From contig DASZOM010000026.1 in the NCBI GenBank assembly GCA_035550735.1, forward strand, positions 141,459 through 205,458: a stretch of DNA of 64,000 nucleotides, read 5' to 3'. The stretch is from Acidimicrobiia bacterium (GTDB taxonomy: Bacteria; Actinomycetota; Acidimicrobiia; Spongiisociales; ZC4RG35). This document shows, in pieces, positions 29,520 to 39,200 of this stretch. The notes beneath the pieces were generated by a model that made no database searches, was not told the origin of the DNA, and saw only the letters and a list, made by a program, of their open reading frames with translations. Within the stretch, counting starts at the first letter, position 1; the number at the start of each line of letters is the position of its first letter. Made by a program: the position numbers and the translations under genes.

Positions 29520-29858
29520 TCACCGCTCGAGCAGCTGGATCTCGTTGCCGTCGGGGTCGGCGAAGGTGACGAAGCGGGCTGTGCCGCTGTCGGTGACCTC
29601 GTCGATGGGGGCGATCCCCTCGCCGGCGAGCCTCTCGATCTCCGCCCGGAGATCGGGGACCCGGAACGAGATCACCGCAGTCGACCCACCTTCGGGGCGA
29701 ATCCCCTGGTGAAGGGCGAAGCGGGTTTCGCCCTCCATGGTCATCGTCTGCCAGGTGTCGTAGCGAGGCCCCGGCTCGAATCCGAGCGTCTCGTACCAAG
29801 CGAGGGCGGACTCCAGGTCGTTCACCCAGACGAAAACGGTGTCCACTTGGAGACTCAT
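29520..29858 (-). CDS. VOC / glyoxalase-bleomycin resistance family protein
   Basis: 112 aa with a single VOC domain. Confidence 0.75.
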   Translation of the reverse strand: MSLQVDTVFVWVNDLESALAWYETLGFEPGPRYDTWQTMTMEGETRFALHQGIRPEGGSTAVISFRVPDLRAEIERLAGEGIAPIDEVTDSGTARFVTFADPDGNEIQLLER

Positions 29859-29878
29859 CGCCCATAACCTATACCTCG

Positions 29879-31210
29879 ATGTTCGACACCCTCGCCCAGA
29901 GATTCGAGACCGTGTTCTCGTCGTTGCGGGGCAAGGGGAGGCTCGCCGAGAAGGACATCGACAACGCCCTGCGCGAGGTTCGCCTCGCCCTGCTCGAGGC
30001 CGACGTCAACGTCTCGGTGGTGAGATCCTTCCTCGCCCGGGTCAAAGAGCGCGCCTTGGGCGAGGACGTCTCCAAGTCGATAACCCCCGGCCAGCAGGTG
30101 ATCAAGATCGTCCACGAGGAGCTGGTGGCGACACTGGGAACCGAGAACGCCGGTCTCGCCCGGAGATCACCGCTGGTGATCGTCATGGTCGGGCTCCAGG
30201 GCTCGGGCAAGACCACGACCGCCGCCAAGCTGGCCAGGCTGTTGCAGGGCCAGGGCCGGCGACCCATGCTCGTCGCCGCCGACCTGCAGCGCCCGGCTGC
30301 GATCGACCAGCTCGAGACACTGGGGAGCCGCATCGACGTTCCGGTGGTCGTCGATCGCAAGGGAAAGGCTCCCAAACTGGCGAAGACGGCCCGAAAGGAA
30401 GCCGCCGCGGCCGGGCGGGACGTTGTGATCATCGACACCGCCGGACGGCTGCAGATCGACACAGCACTGATGAACGAGCTGGCCGCGGTGCAGAAGTCGG
30501 CCCAGCCCGACGAGGTGCTTCTCGTCGTCGACGCCATGACGGGCCAGGACGCGGTCAACGTGGCCTCGGGGTTTCAGAGCCGGATCGGGATCACCGGTGT
30601 AGTCCTCTCCAAGCTCGACGGCGACGCCCGCGGCGGCGCTGCCATCTCGGTTCGCGAGGTGACGGGGGCACCGGTGAAGTTCGCCGGCGTGGGGGAGGGC
30701 CTGGGCGACCTCGAGCCCTTCCATCCCGATCGGATGGCCAGCCGGATCCTCGGCATGGGCGATGTCCTGACCCTGATCGAGAAGGCCGAGAGCGCCTTCG
30801 ACGAGGAGCAGGCGGAGAAGGCGGCGGCGCGGATGCAGAAGGGCGAGTTCACCCTCGAGGACTTCCTCGGCCAATTCGAGGCGGTGAAGTCGATGGGGCC
30901 TCTCAAGGACATCCTTGCTATGCTCCCCGGGTCCGGTTCGCTCCTTCGCGACGTCGAGATCGACGACCGCGACTTGAAGAGGGTCGAAGCTGTCATCCAG
31001 TCGATGACCCCCGAGGAGCGTCGGGCTCCCAAGATCATCGGCGGAAGCCGCAAACGACGAATCGCGTCCGGCTCGGGCACCACCGCCCAGGACGTGAATC
31101 GGGTCCTCAAGCAGTTCGCCGAGACGCAGAAGATGATGAAGACGTTGGCCGGAGGCAAGGGCATGCCGTCACTCGATGCCCTCACCGGTGGCCGCCGTCC
31201 CAGAAGGTGA
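29879..31210 (+). CDS. ffh: Signal recognition particle protein Ffh
   Basis: 443 aa. The N/G/M domains are present, including the GTPase motifs GLQGSGKTTT and DTAGR and a Met-rich M domain. Confidence 0.95.
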   Translation: MFDTLAQRFETVFSSLRGKGRLAEKDIDNALREVRLALLEADVNVSVVRSFLARVKERALGEDVSKSITPGQQVIKIVHEELVATLGTENAGLARRSPLVIVMVGLQGSGKTTTAAKLARLLQGQGRRPMLVAADLQRPAAIDQLETLGSRIDVPVVVDRKGKAPKLAKTARKEAAAAGRDVVIIDTAGRLQIDTALMNELAAVQKSAQPDEVLLVVDAMTGQDAVNVASGFQSRIGITGVVLSKLDGDARGGAAISVREVTGAPVKFAGVGEGLGDLEPFHPDRMASRILGMGDVLTLIEKAESAFDEEQAEKAAARMQKGEFTLEDFLGQFEAVKSMGPLKDILAMLPGSGSLLRDVEIDDRDLKRVEAVIQSMTPEERRAPKIIGGSRKRRIASGSGTTAQDVNRVLKQFAETQKMMKTLAGGKGMPSLDALTGGRRPRR

Positions 31211-31221
31211 AGGTGAACTAG

Positions 31222-31557
31222 ATGGCTGTCAGGTTGAGACTGATGCGGATGGGCAAGAAGCGCCAGCCCGTCTATCGCATCGTCGTCATGGACCAGCGTG
31301 CTCCCCGGGATGGGCGGTACATCGAGCAGATCGGGCGTTACGACGCCCGTCAGGAGCCGTCCCTGGTCGAGATCGACAACGAGCGCGCCGCCGATTGGCT
31401 GGCCAAGGGGGCCCAACCCTCGGAGACCGTGGAGAAGCTGCTCAACATCTCTGGTGCGATGAACACGATGAAGATCCAGAGCGGTGGTATCCATGTCGTC
31501 GGCGTGGAGAGGCCGGCAACCCTGCCGGCCGAGGACGCCGTGTCCGAGGAGGAGTGA
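31222..31557 (+). CDS. rpsP: 30S ribosomal protein S16
   Basis: MAVRLRLMRMGKKRQPVYRIVV is the S16 N-terminus. It follows ffh as in the conserved operon. Confidence 0.9.
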   Translation: MAVRLRLMRMGKKRQPVYRIVVMDQRAPRDGRYIEQIGRYDARQEPSLVEIDNERAADWLAKGAQPSETVEKLLNISGAMNTMKIQSGGIHVVGVERPATLPAEDAVSEEE

Positions 31558-31558
31558 T

Positions 31559-31810
31559 TTGGCCAAGGGAGACATCGTCGAGCGGGTCGTCACCTACGTC
31601 GTCAAGAGCATCGTGGAGGACCCGGAGGCCGTCCAGGTGACCCTGGTGGAGCAGGGCCCCGACGACTACGTCGCCGAGGTGCGCACCGCAAAGCCCGACA
31701 TGGGTCGTGTCATCGGGCGGCGAGGGCGGGTGGCGAAAGCGATTCGGGCGGCGGCGGGCGCCGCCGGCGAAGAGGAGGGGATCAGCGCTGGAGTCGAGTT
31801 CCTCGACTGA
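31559..31810 (+). CDS. KH-domain RNA-binding protein (YlqC/UPF0109 family)
   Basis: TTG start 1 nt after the rpsP stop. KGDIVERVV...RVIGRRGRVAKAIR is a KH fold. It lies in the conserved rpsP-KH-rimM order. Confidence 0.7.
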   Translation: MAKGDIVERVVTYVVKSIVEDPEAVQVTLVEQGPDDYVAEVRTAKPDMGRVIGRRGRVAKAIRAAAGAAGEEEGISAGVEFLD

Positions 31811-32300
31811 TCAGCCCGCGGTCCGCATCGGCCGACTCGGCCGGCCGCACGGCCTCGACGGGTTCCTCGGCCTCTATGTCGAGCTCGAGGATCTGGGGTA
31901 TTTCGAGCCCGGCTCCCACGTCCTCGTCGAGGGCCGCGAATGCATCGTCCGCTCCCTCCGTCGTGGCAAGCAGGGCTACCAGGTGATGTTCGAGGAGGCG
32001 GTCACCCGGGAACAGGCCGAGGCCCTGCGGGGAAGCAGTGTCTTCGCCACACAGAGACGTCTGTTGGGGGACGACGAGTTCTGGCCATCCGACCTCGTCG
32101 GGCTGGAGGTGAGACCGGGGGGTGGCGTGGTGGTCGGCGTAAGCCATGGCTCCGCCCAGGATCGCTTGGTCATCGAGCGTGACGGCCGCCGCTTCGAGGT
32201 CCCGTTCGTCGACGAGTTGGTCCCGGTGGTCGATCCGGCCGGCGGTTTCGTCGAGATCACCGAGATCGAATGGCTCAGCTCACCGCCAGATCGAGAGTGA
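31707..32300 (+). CDS. rimM: Ribosome maturation factor RimM
   Basis: The RimM N-terminal (AVRIGRLGRPHGLDGFLGLYV) and PRC barrel domains are present. No ATG/GTG/TTG lies between the KH stop and the conserved N-terminus, so the ATG at 31707 (104-nt overlap) is used. The start is uncertain. Confidence 0.7.
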   Translation: MSSGGEGGWRKRFGRRRAPPAKRRGSALESSSSTDQPAVRIGRLGRPHGLDGFLGLYVELEDLGYFEPGSHVLVEGRECIVRSLRRGKQGYQVMFEEAVTREQAEALRGSSVFATQRRLLGDDEFWPSDLVGLEVRPGGGVVVGVSHGSAQDRLVIERDGRRFEVPFVDELVPVVDPAGGFVEITEIEWLSSPPDRE

Positions 32301-33135
32301 CCTGCTCGGGCCCATCGTCATCCTGACTCGCCACTCCGACCTGCACCGAGATGTTCCCCGGGGGAAGGCCCAATTCGTGGCTGAACTCACCCCAGCCACC
32401 TCCTCCCGTCTCCACGGCGACCGTGCCGGTCTCGGTGACCACCGCTCCTTCCTGGGTGACCGTGAGCGCGATGGCGGGCTGCTCTGACCGGACGTAACCC
32501 ATGACCCGGGTGACCGGGTCCACACTCGCACCCGTTCCCGGTGAGACCACGACCACCTGCTCGCCGGTCACGGAGGCCCCTTCGAATTCGACGAACCCGG
32601 GCCGGAGGTCGATGGTGAGGCGGGCCGGCGAGGCATCCACGCGAGCACGCGCCGCCGCGGGTGCCGAGAGATGGAGGTCGACGAACATCCCACCGTCGAA
32701 AGCCCTCACCACGTAGAGGCGGTCGACGAGCGCGGTCTCCACGAGCTGATCACTGACCACGGTGGAGGTGACCCCGAGACTCAGCCTGATCACCTGGAAC
32801 GACTCCAGGTGGGAGACGGCCACGTCGGGCACAGTCGTGGCCGGTGCTCCCTCTGCGGTCTCGAACTCGAAGACGAACGTCTCGCACTGGTCGGAGATCT
32901 CCCAGGAGATGTGGCCGAGGCTGACGCTGTCGCTGCCCTCCCCGTCGACGACGGCGATGCCGCTGCCCTCCTCGAACTCCCCGGCTCCCGGGCACTCGAC
33001 GACCGGTGGCACGGTGGACGTGACCGGGCTCGACGTGGTCGTGGGCTTGGGCGGCGTGCCCAGGCCGAGCCCGGGCCCGTCCCCGGTGCACCCGGCGACT
33101 GCCACGATCAGCAGCACCCCTGCCAGCCTCCGCAT
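32275..33135 (-). CDS. Lipoprotein with Gmad2/GerMN-like immunoglobulin-like domains (hypothetical)
   Basis: Start chosen at MRRLAGVLLIVAVAGCTG, a lipobox. A Thr/Pro linker is followed by two beta-rich domains. Confidence 0.5.
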   Translation of the reverse strand: MRRLAGVLLIVAVAGCTGDGPGLGLGTPPKPTTTSSPVTSTVPPVVECPGAGEFEEGSGIAVVDGEGSDSVSLGHISWEISDQCETFVFEFETAEGAPATTVPDVAVSHLESFQVIRLSLGVTSTVVSDQLVETALVDRLYVVRAFDGGMFVDLHLSAPAAARARVDASPARLTIDLRPGFVEFEGASVTGEQVVVVSPGTGASVDPVTRVMGYVRSEQPAIALTVTQEGAVVTETGTVAVETGGGGWGEFSHELGLPPGNISVQVGVASQDDDGPEQVTLDLAVS

Positions 33136-33193
33136 GCATCGCAGACTATGGATCGGCATTAAGTTCGATCGTGAATTCGAGAATCGAGGAAGC

Positions 33194-34357
33194 ATGCCCG
33201 AAGCAGTGATAGTGGCTACGGCGCGGAGCCCGATCGGGCGGGCGTACAAGGGCTCCCTCGTGGATGTCCGTGCCGACGACCTCGCCGGCTTTTCCATCGA
33301 TGCCCTCATGAAGAAGGTCCCCGAGGTCGACCGGGCCTCGGTGGACGACGTGATGCTCGGATGCGCGCTCACCCATCACGAGCAGGGCTTCAACCTGGCA
33401 CGCCCGGCCTCGCTGCTCGGGGGGATGCCGGCGACGGTGCCGGCAACGACCGTGAATCGCTTCTGCGCCTCCTCCCTGCAGACCATCAGGATGGCGTTTC
33501 ATGCCATCGCCCGGGGCGAGGGCGACACCTACATCGCGGCAGGCTCGGAGTCGGTGAGCCGCACCTACGGCAAGGCGATGGGCTACGACGACCTCAATCC
33601 CCGCTTCACCGATCCCGGGCGGGACGACTTCATCAACAACGTCTACATCCCGATGGGCAACACGGCCGAGAACGTTGCCAGGAGGCACGGGATCACCAGG
33701 GAACGTCAGGACGAGTTCGGGAAACGGTCCCAGGACCGCGCCGTCGAGGCGCAGAAGAACGGCTTCTTCGAGTGGGAGATCACCCCGATCGAGCTGCCCG
33801 ACGGTGCCACGTTCGCCGACGACGACGGGCCGAGGCCCAACACCACCCTCGAGAGGCTGGCCGAGCTGCCCACCGTCTTCGACCCCGCCGGCACGGTGAC
33901 GGCGGGCAACTCATGTCCGCTCAACGACGGCTCGGCGGCGGTGCTGGTGATGTCGGCAGAGCGCGCCGCCGACCTGGGAGTGCGTCCCCTGGCGCGGATC
34001 ATCGCCTCGTCCGTGGCCGGCCTCGAGCCGGAGTACATGGGAATGGGCCCGGTCTACGCCGTTCGCAAAGTCCTCGAACAGGCCGGGATGTCGCTCGACG
34101 ACATCGACGTCATCGAGATCAACGAGGCCTTCGCCGCCCAGGTCCTGGCTTGTGTCGACGAGCTGGGGGTCGACATCGAGAAGCTCAACCCCCATGGGGG
34201 CGCCATCGCTCTCGGCCACCCGTTCGGGATGACCGGTGCCCGGATCATGGGAACCCTTCTCAACGACCTGCGCACCCTGGACGGCGCGATCGGTCTGGAG
34301 ACGATGTGCGTCGGCGGGGGCCAGGGGATGGCGATGATCGTGGAGCGCCTCGACTAG
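33194..34357 (+). CDS. Acetyl-CoA C-acetyltransferase (thiolase II)
   Basis: 387 aa. Thiolase motifs NRFCASSLQ (catalytic Cys), GNSCPLNDGSAAVLVMS and the C-terminal GLETMCVGGGQGMAMIVE are present. Confidence 0.9.
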   Translation: MPEAVIVATARSPIGRAYKGSLVDVRADDLAGFSIDALMKKVPEVDRASVDDVMLGCALTHHEQGFNLARPASLLGGMPATVPATTVNRFCASSLQTIRMAFHAIARGEGDTYIAAGSESVSRTYGKAMGYDDLNPRFTDPGRDDFINNVYIPMGNTAENVARRHGITRERQDEFGKRSQDRAVEAQKNGFFEWEITPIELPDGATFADDDGPRPNTTLERLAELPTVFDPAGTVTAGNSCPLNDGSAAVLVMSAERAADLGVRPLARIIASSVAGLEPEYMGMGPVYAVRKVLEQAGMSLDDIDVIEINEAFAAQVLACVDELGVDIEKLNPHGGAIALGHPFGMTGARIMGTLLNDLRTLDGAIGLETMCVGGGQGMAMIVERLD

Positions 34358-34444
34358 CGAGAAATAGGTCGCCAGACCGATCCAGTTTGACCACCCTGGG
34401 TCTACCTTGACCACGCAACGTGTTCAGAGGCCTAGGAGGGCGAA

Positions 34445-34795
34445 ATGCGTAGAACAGGAATCGTGGTCATTTTGGGCATGCTGGCGATGGCTCTGGCCTT
34501 CCCGGCATTCGCCACCAAGCCAGACGACTCGTCGGGTCTCGAGTCCGGTCACAAGATCACGATCTGTCATGCCACCAGGTCGCTGGCCAACCCGTACGTG
34601 GAGATCACCATCGACATCGCGGCATGGGACATCGCCGACCCCGACAGCAACGATCACGGTCCCCAGCACCATCTGCGGAGCAAGGACGGGATCACCTGGG
34701 GCGACTACGCGCTCGCCGGCCCCGATGACGAGTGCACCCTCGACGGTGGGGGCACGACGACGACCTCTACGACCGAGCCCCCGAACGAAGTCTGA
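34445..34795 (+). CDS. Small secreted Cys-containing protein of unknown function
   Basis: 116 aa. A signal peptide MRRTGIVVILGMLAMALAFPAFA is followed by a 90-aa mature region with 3 Cys and a Thr-rich tail. TTGACC -35-like sequences and a GGAGG RBS lie upstream. Confidence 0.5.
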   Translation: MRRTGIVVILGMLAMALAFPAFATKPDDSSGLESGHKITICHATRSLANPYVEITIDIAAWDIADPDSNDHGPQHHLRSKDGITWGDYALAGPDDECTLDGGGTTTTSTTEPPNEV

Positions 34796-34858
34796 GCGGG
34801 CTCGGGAAGGCCGCGGCCGACAGGGCCCGATGACGGGAGGCCACCTACCCTCCGCCTG

Positions 34859-35542
34859 ATGCGGATCAACGTGGTCACCATGTTCCCGGGCTATTTCGAG
34901 GGGCCACTGCAGACCTCGATCGTGGGCAGGGCGATCGAGGACGGCATCCTCGAGGTGAACCTGGTCGACCTGAGGCAACACGGGCTGGGGAGGCACAAGC
35001 AGCTCGACGACTCACCGTTCGGCGGTGGGCCGGGGATGGTGATGATGGTCGAGCCCCTCGCCGCCGCCCTGAAGCCGCTGGGGCACACCAGACGCGTCCT
35101 GTTCACCCCAGCCGGGATGCCGATGCGCCAGGTCACGCTCGATGGGTGGGCCACCGAGGACGAGATCACCTTCGTCTGCGGCCGATTCGAGGGCATCGAC
35201 CAGAGGGTGATCGACCGCTACATCGACGAGGAGGTCAGCCTGGGCGACTATGTGCTCGCCGGGGGAGAGGTCGCAGCCGCGGCCTCCATCGAGGGCATCG
35301 CACGTCTCCTTCCCGGTGTCGTGGGCAATCCCGTCTCGACCGAGACCGAGTCGTTTCGTGACGGCCTGCTCGAAGAGCCGGTGTACACCAGACCCGCCGA
35401 CTTCGAGGGGACGACGGTCCCCGAGGTGCTCCTCAGCGGGGACCATGGCCGGATCGCGGCGTGGCGGCGGGAGCAGCGTCGTCGTCGCACCGCCGAGCGC
35501 AGACCCGACCTCCTGGCGAATGGCAACGAAACCGCAAGCTGA
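34859..35542 (+). CDS. trmD: tRNA (guanine37-N1)-methyltransferase
   Basis: [15 protein letters not shown]...[15 protein letters not shown] is the SPOUT TrmD signature. Confidence 0.9.
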   Translation: MRINVVTMFPGYFEGPLQTSIVGRAIEDGILEVNLVDLRQHGLGRHKQLDDSPFGGGPGMVMMVEPLAAALKPLGHTRRVLFTPAGMPMRQVTLDGWATEDEITFVCGRFEGIDQRVIDRYIDEEVSLGDYVLAGGEVAAAASIEGIARLLPGVVGNPVSTETESFRDGLLEEPVYTRPADFEGTTVPEVLLSGDHGRIAAWRREQRRRRTAERRPDLLANGNETAS

Positions 35543-35600
35543 TACAATCCCGAGGGCCGGGACGCCGAACCGCCACCCCCGGATGCTTCAGGAGCCCTCC

Positions 35601-35945
35601 ATGAACGATCTCCAAGCCGTAGAAAACGCGCACGTGCGCGATGACATCCCCGAGTTCCGCGCCGGCGACACGGTGAAGGTCCATGTCAGGGTGGTCGAGG
35701 GTGGCCGTGAGCGAATCCAGGTCTTCGAGGGAGTGGTCATCGCCCGTAACGGGAGCGGGCCACGCGCCACCTTCACAGTGCGCAAAATGAGCTTCGGCGT
35801 CGGCGTGGAGCGGGTATTCCCGGTCAACGCCCCGATCATCGCCCGGATCGAGGTGGTCCGGAAGGGCGACGTGCGTCGGTCCAAGCTCTACTACCTCCGC
35901 GATCGGGTCGGCAAGTCGGCCCGCATCAAGGAGCTGCGCGACTGA
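35601..35945 (+). CDS. rplS: 50S ribosomal protein L19
   Basis: Internal ATG start. [35 protein letters not shown] is the L19 signature. Confidence 0.9.
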   Translation: MNDLQAVENAHVRDDIPEFRAGDTVKVHVRVVEGGRERIQVFEGVVIARNGSGPRATFTVRKMSFGVGVERVFPVNAPIIARIEVVRKGDVRRSKLYYLRDRVGKSARIKELRD

Positions 35946-35962
35946 AGCCGCAACCCCACTCC

Positions 35963-36607
35963 ATGCCACCGGACGAGGAGCCCGACCGAGCGCCCCTCGA
36001 GCAGGCGGGCACGCGGCGCATCAAGAAGAAGCGATCGTTCTGGGCCGAGCTGCCCGGGCTTCTCCTCACCGCTCTCGTCATCGCCGTCGTCATCAAGACC
36101 TTCCTCGTCCAGCCGTTCTGGATCCCGTCGGAGTCGATGCTCGACACCATTCAGGTCAACGACCGGGTGATGGTGAACAAGCTGGCCTTCCAGCTCGGCG
36201 AGCCACAGCGAGGGGATGTCGTCGTCTTCCGGGACCCGGCTGCCCCCGACGTCGACGAGTCGGTGCCCGAAGCCGTCATCCGCAGCGTGCTCGAGGCGGT
36301 CGGGATCAGGACCAGGGGACAGGAGGACCTCATCAAGAGGGTGATCGGGCTGCCGGGGGAGACGATCACCATCTCGGACAATCGGGTCCACATCGACGGT
36401 GTCCCCATCGAGGAGCCATATCTCGACGAGGGAGTGGTCATGCCCGACGAAGGGCCGTTCAGCGTCGCGGAGGACGAGGTCTTCGTGATGGGCGACAACC
36501 GGCAGTTCTCCTTCGACAGCCGTCGCTTCGGCCCGATCGATCAAGAGTCGCTGGTGGGTCGTGCCTTCGTGATCATCTGGCCGATCGACCATTTCGGGGG
36601 TCTCTAG
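35963..36607 (+). CDS. lepB: Signal peptidase I
   Basis: A TM helix is followed by the IPSESMLDT catalytic Ser box and the GDNRQFSFDSRRFGPI box E. Confidence 0.85.
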   Translation: MPPDEEPDRAPLEQAGTRRIKKKRSFWAELPGLLLTALVIAVVIKTFLVQPFWIPSESMLDTIQVNDRVMVNKLAFQLGEPQRGDVVVFRDPAAPDVDESVPEAVIRSVLEAVGIRTRGQEDLIKRVIGLPGETITISDNRVHIDGVPIEEPYLDEGVVMPDEGPFSVAEDEVFVMGDNRQFSFDSRRFGPIDQESLVGRAFVIIWPIDHFGGL

Positions 36608-36695
36608 AAACTGTCACCGGGAATGGCTAGTGGTTAGGGCAACGCCTGGCATATGATCGCCCGGCACCCCCCAGCTGGCGAGAGTCGAGGAGACG

Positions 36696-36992
36696 ATGGA
36701 CGAAGACCTGGAGCGCTACGAGACCGAAGTCGAGCTCAAGCTCTACAAGGAGTACCACGACGTCCTTCCCATGTTCGAGTTCGTCGTCGAGACCGAGCGT
36801 CGCTTCTACCTCGCCAACAAGGTGGATGTCGAGGTGAAGGGCTCCGAGGGCTCCACGTACTTCGAGGTCACGATGAGCGATGCCTGGGTCTGGGACATGT
36901 TCCGTCCTGCCCGGTTCCTGGAGAAGGTCCGGGTGCTCACCTTCCGGGATGTCAACGTCGAGAAGCTGGAGAAGACGGAGCTCGAGCTCTGA
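36696..36992 (+). CDS. DUF2469 family protein (actinobacterial, conserved next to lepB/rnhB)
   Basis: 98 aa. YKEYHDVLPMFEFVVETERRFYLANKVDVEV. It occupies the same position as Rv2901c in the M. tuberculosis neighbourhood. Confidence 0.75.
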   Translation: MDEDLERYETEVELKLYKEYHDVLPMFEFVVETERRFYLANKVDVEVKGSEGSTYFEVTMSDAWVWDMFRPARFLEKVRVLTFRDVNVEKLEKTELEL

Positions 36993-37009
36993 CCGACCCC
37001 CGGGGAGCG

Positions 37010-37309
37010 TTGGGACGGGCCGGGGAGGACATCGCAGCGTGGTGGCTCGCCGAGCACGGGCTGGTCGTCAGGGCTCGCAACGTCACCATGGCCGACGGGG
37101 AGGTCGACATCCTCGCCGATGACGGACAGACCAGGGTGGTGGTCGAGGTCCGGACCATCACCGGTGAAGGCGACCCTCTCGAGGCGGCCGACGAGGCCAA
37201 GCGGAGACGGGTCAGGTCACTGGCGGCGCGTCTCGGAGCGGGTCGGGTCGACTTCCTCGGCGTTGCCCTGAGACACGACTTCGTCGAGCTCCACTGGCTG
37301 CCAGGCTGA
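37010..37309 (+). CDS. YraN/UPF0102 family endonuclease
   Basis: TTG start chosen. AEDIAAWWLAEHG...GEVDILADDG is the YraN signature. The longer listed ORF (36653) overlaps DUF2469 out of frame. Confidence 0.6.
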   Translation: MGRAGEDIAAWWLAEHGLVVRARNVTMADGEVDILADDGQTRVVVEVRTITGEGDPLEAADEAKRRRVRSLAARLGAGRVDFLGVALRHDFVELHWLPG

Positions 37310-37351
37310 ATTGGAGCCCCCTCACGCCGTCGCCCTAGGCTGCTCGGTCTC

Positions 37352-38245
37352 ATGAGCGGACCAGCGATCCGGGTCGGCGGTCTCCACAAGCGATACGGCA
37401 AGACCGTTGCCCTGAACGGGCTCGACTTCGAGATCCCCTCCGGGCAACTGACCGGATTTCTCGGCCCGAACGGTGCGGGCAAGACCACGACCTTTCGCTG
37501 CATCCTCGGCTTGACCCGCCGCGACGCGGGCGAGATCGAGGTGCTCGGCATGCCCGTGCCGGCCGGTCTGCCCGAGATCGTGAAGAGGGTCGGCGTGATC
37601 ATCGAGGAGCCCGGTGTGATCAAGTCGCTCAGTGGCAGGGCAAACCTGGCCGTCGCCGCCGACACCCTCGGCTTCGGTCATGACCGGATCGACGAGATGC
37701 TCGAGTTCGTCGGCTTGGCCGACGATGCCTCCCGCAAGGCCGGGGACTACTCGAAGGGAATGCGGCAACGTCTGGCGCTGGCCGCGGCGATCCTGGGCGA
37801 CCCGCAGCTCCTCATCCTCGACGAGCCCTTGGACGGTCTCGACCCGGCCGGACAGCATGCCTTCCGGGCCCGGCTGCGCGATCTCGCCGCCGACGGGCGA
37901 ACGGTGGTGGTCTCCAGTCACGACCTCGCCGACGTCGAGGCGCTCGCCGATCATGTCATCGTCATCGACGAGGGTCGTCTGGTCACCCAGGGACCGCTGA
38001 ATTCGCTGCTGGAGGGGGGCGCGACGAGGGTCAAGGTCTCAGACCCGGGCAGGGCCGCCGAAGCGCTGCGGGCGGCGGGTCTCGACGTCGACCGGGACGC
38101 CGAGGGAGTGGTGGTCCGGGGAGCGGACGGCGCGGTCATCACCGAGACGCTGGCCCGCGTCGGGATCTACCCCGACGAGGTCCGTGTCGAGCGGAGCACC
38201 CTGGAGTCGGTCTTCCTCGGCCTGACCGGGACCGACGTGCGATGA
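37352..38245 (+). CDS. ABC transporter ATP-binding protein
   Basis: Walker [10 protein letters not shown], the signature YSKGMRQRL and Walker B LLILDEP are present. Confidence 0.85.
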   Translation: MSGPAIRVGGLHKRYGKTVALNGLDFEIPSGQLTGFLGPNGAGKTTTFRCILGLTRRDAGEIEVLGMPVPAGLPEIVKRVGVIIEEPGVIKSLSGRANLAVAADTLGFGHDRIDEMLEFVGLADDASRKAGDYSKGMRQRLALAAAILGDPQLLILDEPLDGLDPAGQHAFRARLRDLAADGRTVVVSSHDLADVEALADHVIVIDEGRLVTQGPLNSLLEGGATRVKVSDPGRAAEALRAAGLDVDRDAEGVVVRGADGAVITETLARVGIYPDEVRVERSTLESVFLGLTGTDVR

Positions 38246-39006
38246 GCCTGTTCCGGGCGGAGTACCGCAAGATCTCGGGGAGGATCATCTTCCCGGGGAT
38301 GACGCTCGTTCTCCTGGTCTTCGTCGGCTTGGCCGCCTTCTTCCTCATCCTGTTCAGGGACATCGCCCCCGAGATGGGCGATGAGATCCCTGTCCTGACC
38401 AAGCCCGGCGTCTACGAGGTCGGCGCCCAGCAGGCCGCCACCCAGACCTGGTTCCCACTCATCCTGTCCGTGGTGCTGCTAGGGGGTGAGCTGTCGACGA
38501 CCGTGTGGGCCACCTCGCTGACCAGGGACGCCCGTGTCGTCCGTCAGATCATCGCCCGGTTTCTCGCCTACTCGGCGGCAACGGTGCTCGCCTTCCTCAT
38601 AGCCTTCGGGCTATGGGTGGCGATCGCGGCGTCCTTCTCCCCGGGTGAGGGATTCATGTCCGCCACCGATCTGGTCGGCGTGGTGTGGAAGTCGGCGGCG
38701 ATCTCCCTCGCCTGGACCGCCCTCGGCATCGGCGCGGTCGCCGTGCTCCGCTCGGCAGGCCCGGCGATCGGAGTCGGGCTCGCCATCTTCTTCGCCGAGG
38801 GCTTCCTCGCCCTGTGGGATCCATGGGAGAACGTGTCGATAACCGCCGCAAGCACCGGTCTGTTCACCGTCGACCTCGGGAGCGGGCTCTCCGGCTTCGT
38901 GCCCGGGCTGGAGCTGCCGCTGTGGCACACCCTGGCGATTCTGGCCGGCTGGGCCCTGTTCGGCTTGGCCCTGACGTGGTGGGGGCTTCAGCGACGCGAC
39001 GCCTGA
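38242..39006 (+). CDS. ABC-2 type transporter permease
   Basis: 254 aa with 6 predicted TM segments. Its start overlaps the ATPase stop. Confidence 0.7.
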   Translation: MSLFRAEYRKISGRIIFPGMTLVLLVFVGLAAFFLILFRDIAPEMGDEIPVLTKPGVYEVGAQQAATQTWFPLILSVVLLGGELSTTVWATSLTRDARVVRQIIARFLAYSAATVLAFLIAFGLWVAIAASFSPGEGFMSATDLVGVVWKSAAISLAWTALGIGAVAVLRSAGPAIGVGLAIFFAEGFLALWDPWENVSITAASTGLFTVDLGSGLSGFVPGLELPLWHTLAILAGWALFGLALTWWGLQRRDA

Positions 39007-39200
39007 GAGCCGAAGCGTCGTCGCATCTCCTTGTGCCAGCAGCCGTGGTGCCAGTGGCGGCGCAGGTCCACCTCGTCGTCAGGGACGACAACGAGATGGA
39101 ACGTCCCCGGAGGGATGGTGTTCTCACAACCCGGGCAGAGGTACTGCTTGACCGCCTGGTAGGGCTGCACCGGGTTGACGGTCACCCGGAGTCCCCTCAT
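38988..39200 (-). CDS. Small zinc-ribbon protein (CPGC...HHGC) of unknown function
   Basis: 70 aa from an internal ATG. It overlaps the upstream permease stop in an ATGA pattern. Four Cys/His metal ligands are arranged CxxC-N26-HxxC. Confidence 0.4.
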   Translation of the reverse strand: MRGLRVTVNPVQPYQAVKQYLCPGCENTIPPGTFHLVVVPDDEVDLRRHWHHGCWHKEMRRRFGSQASRR

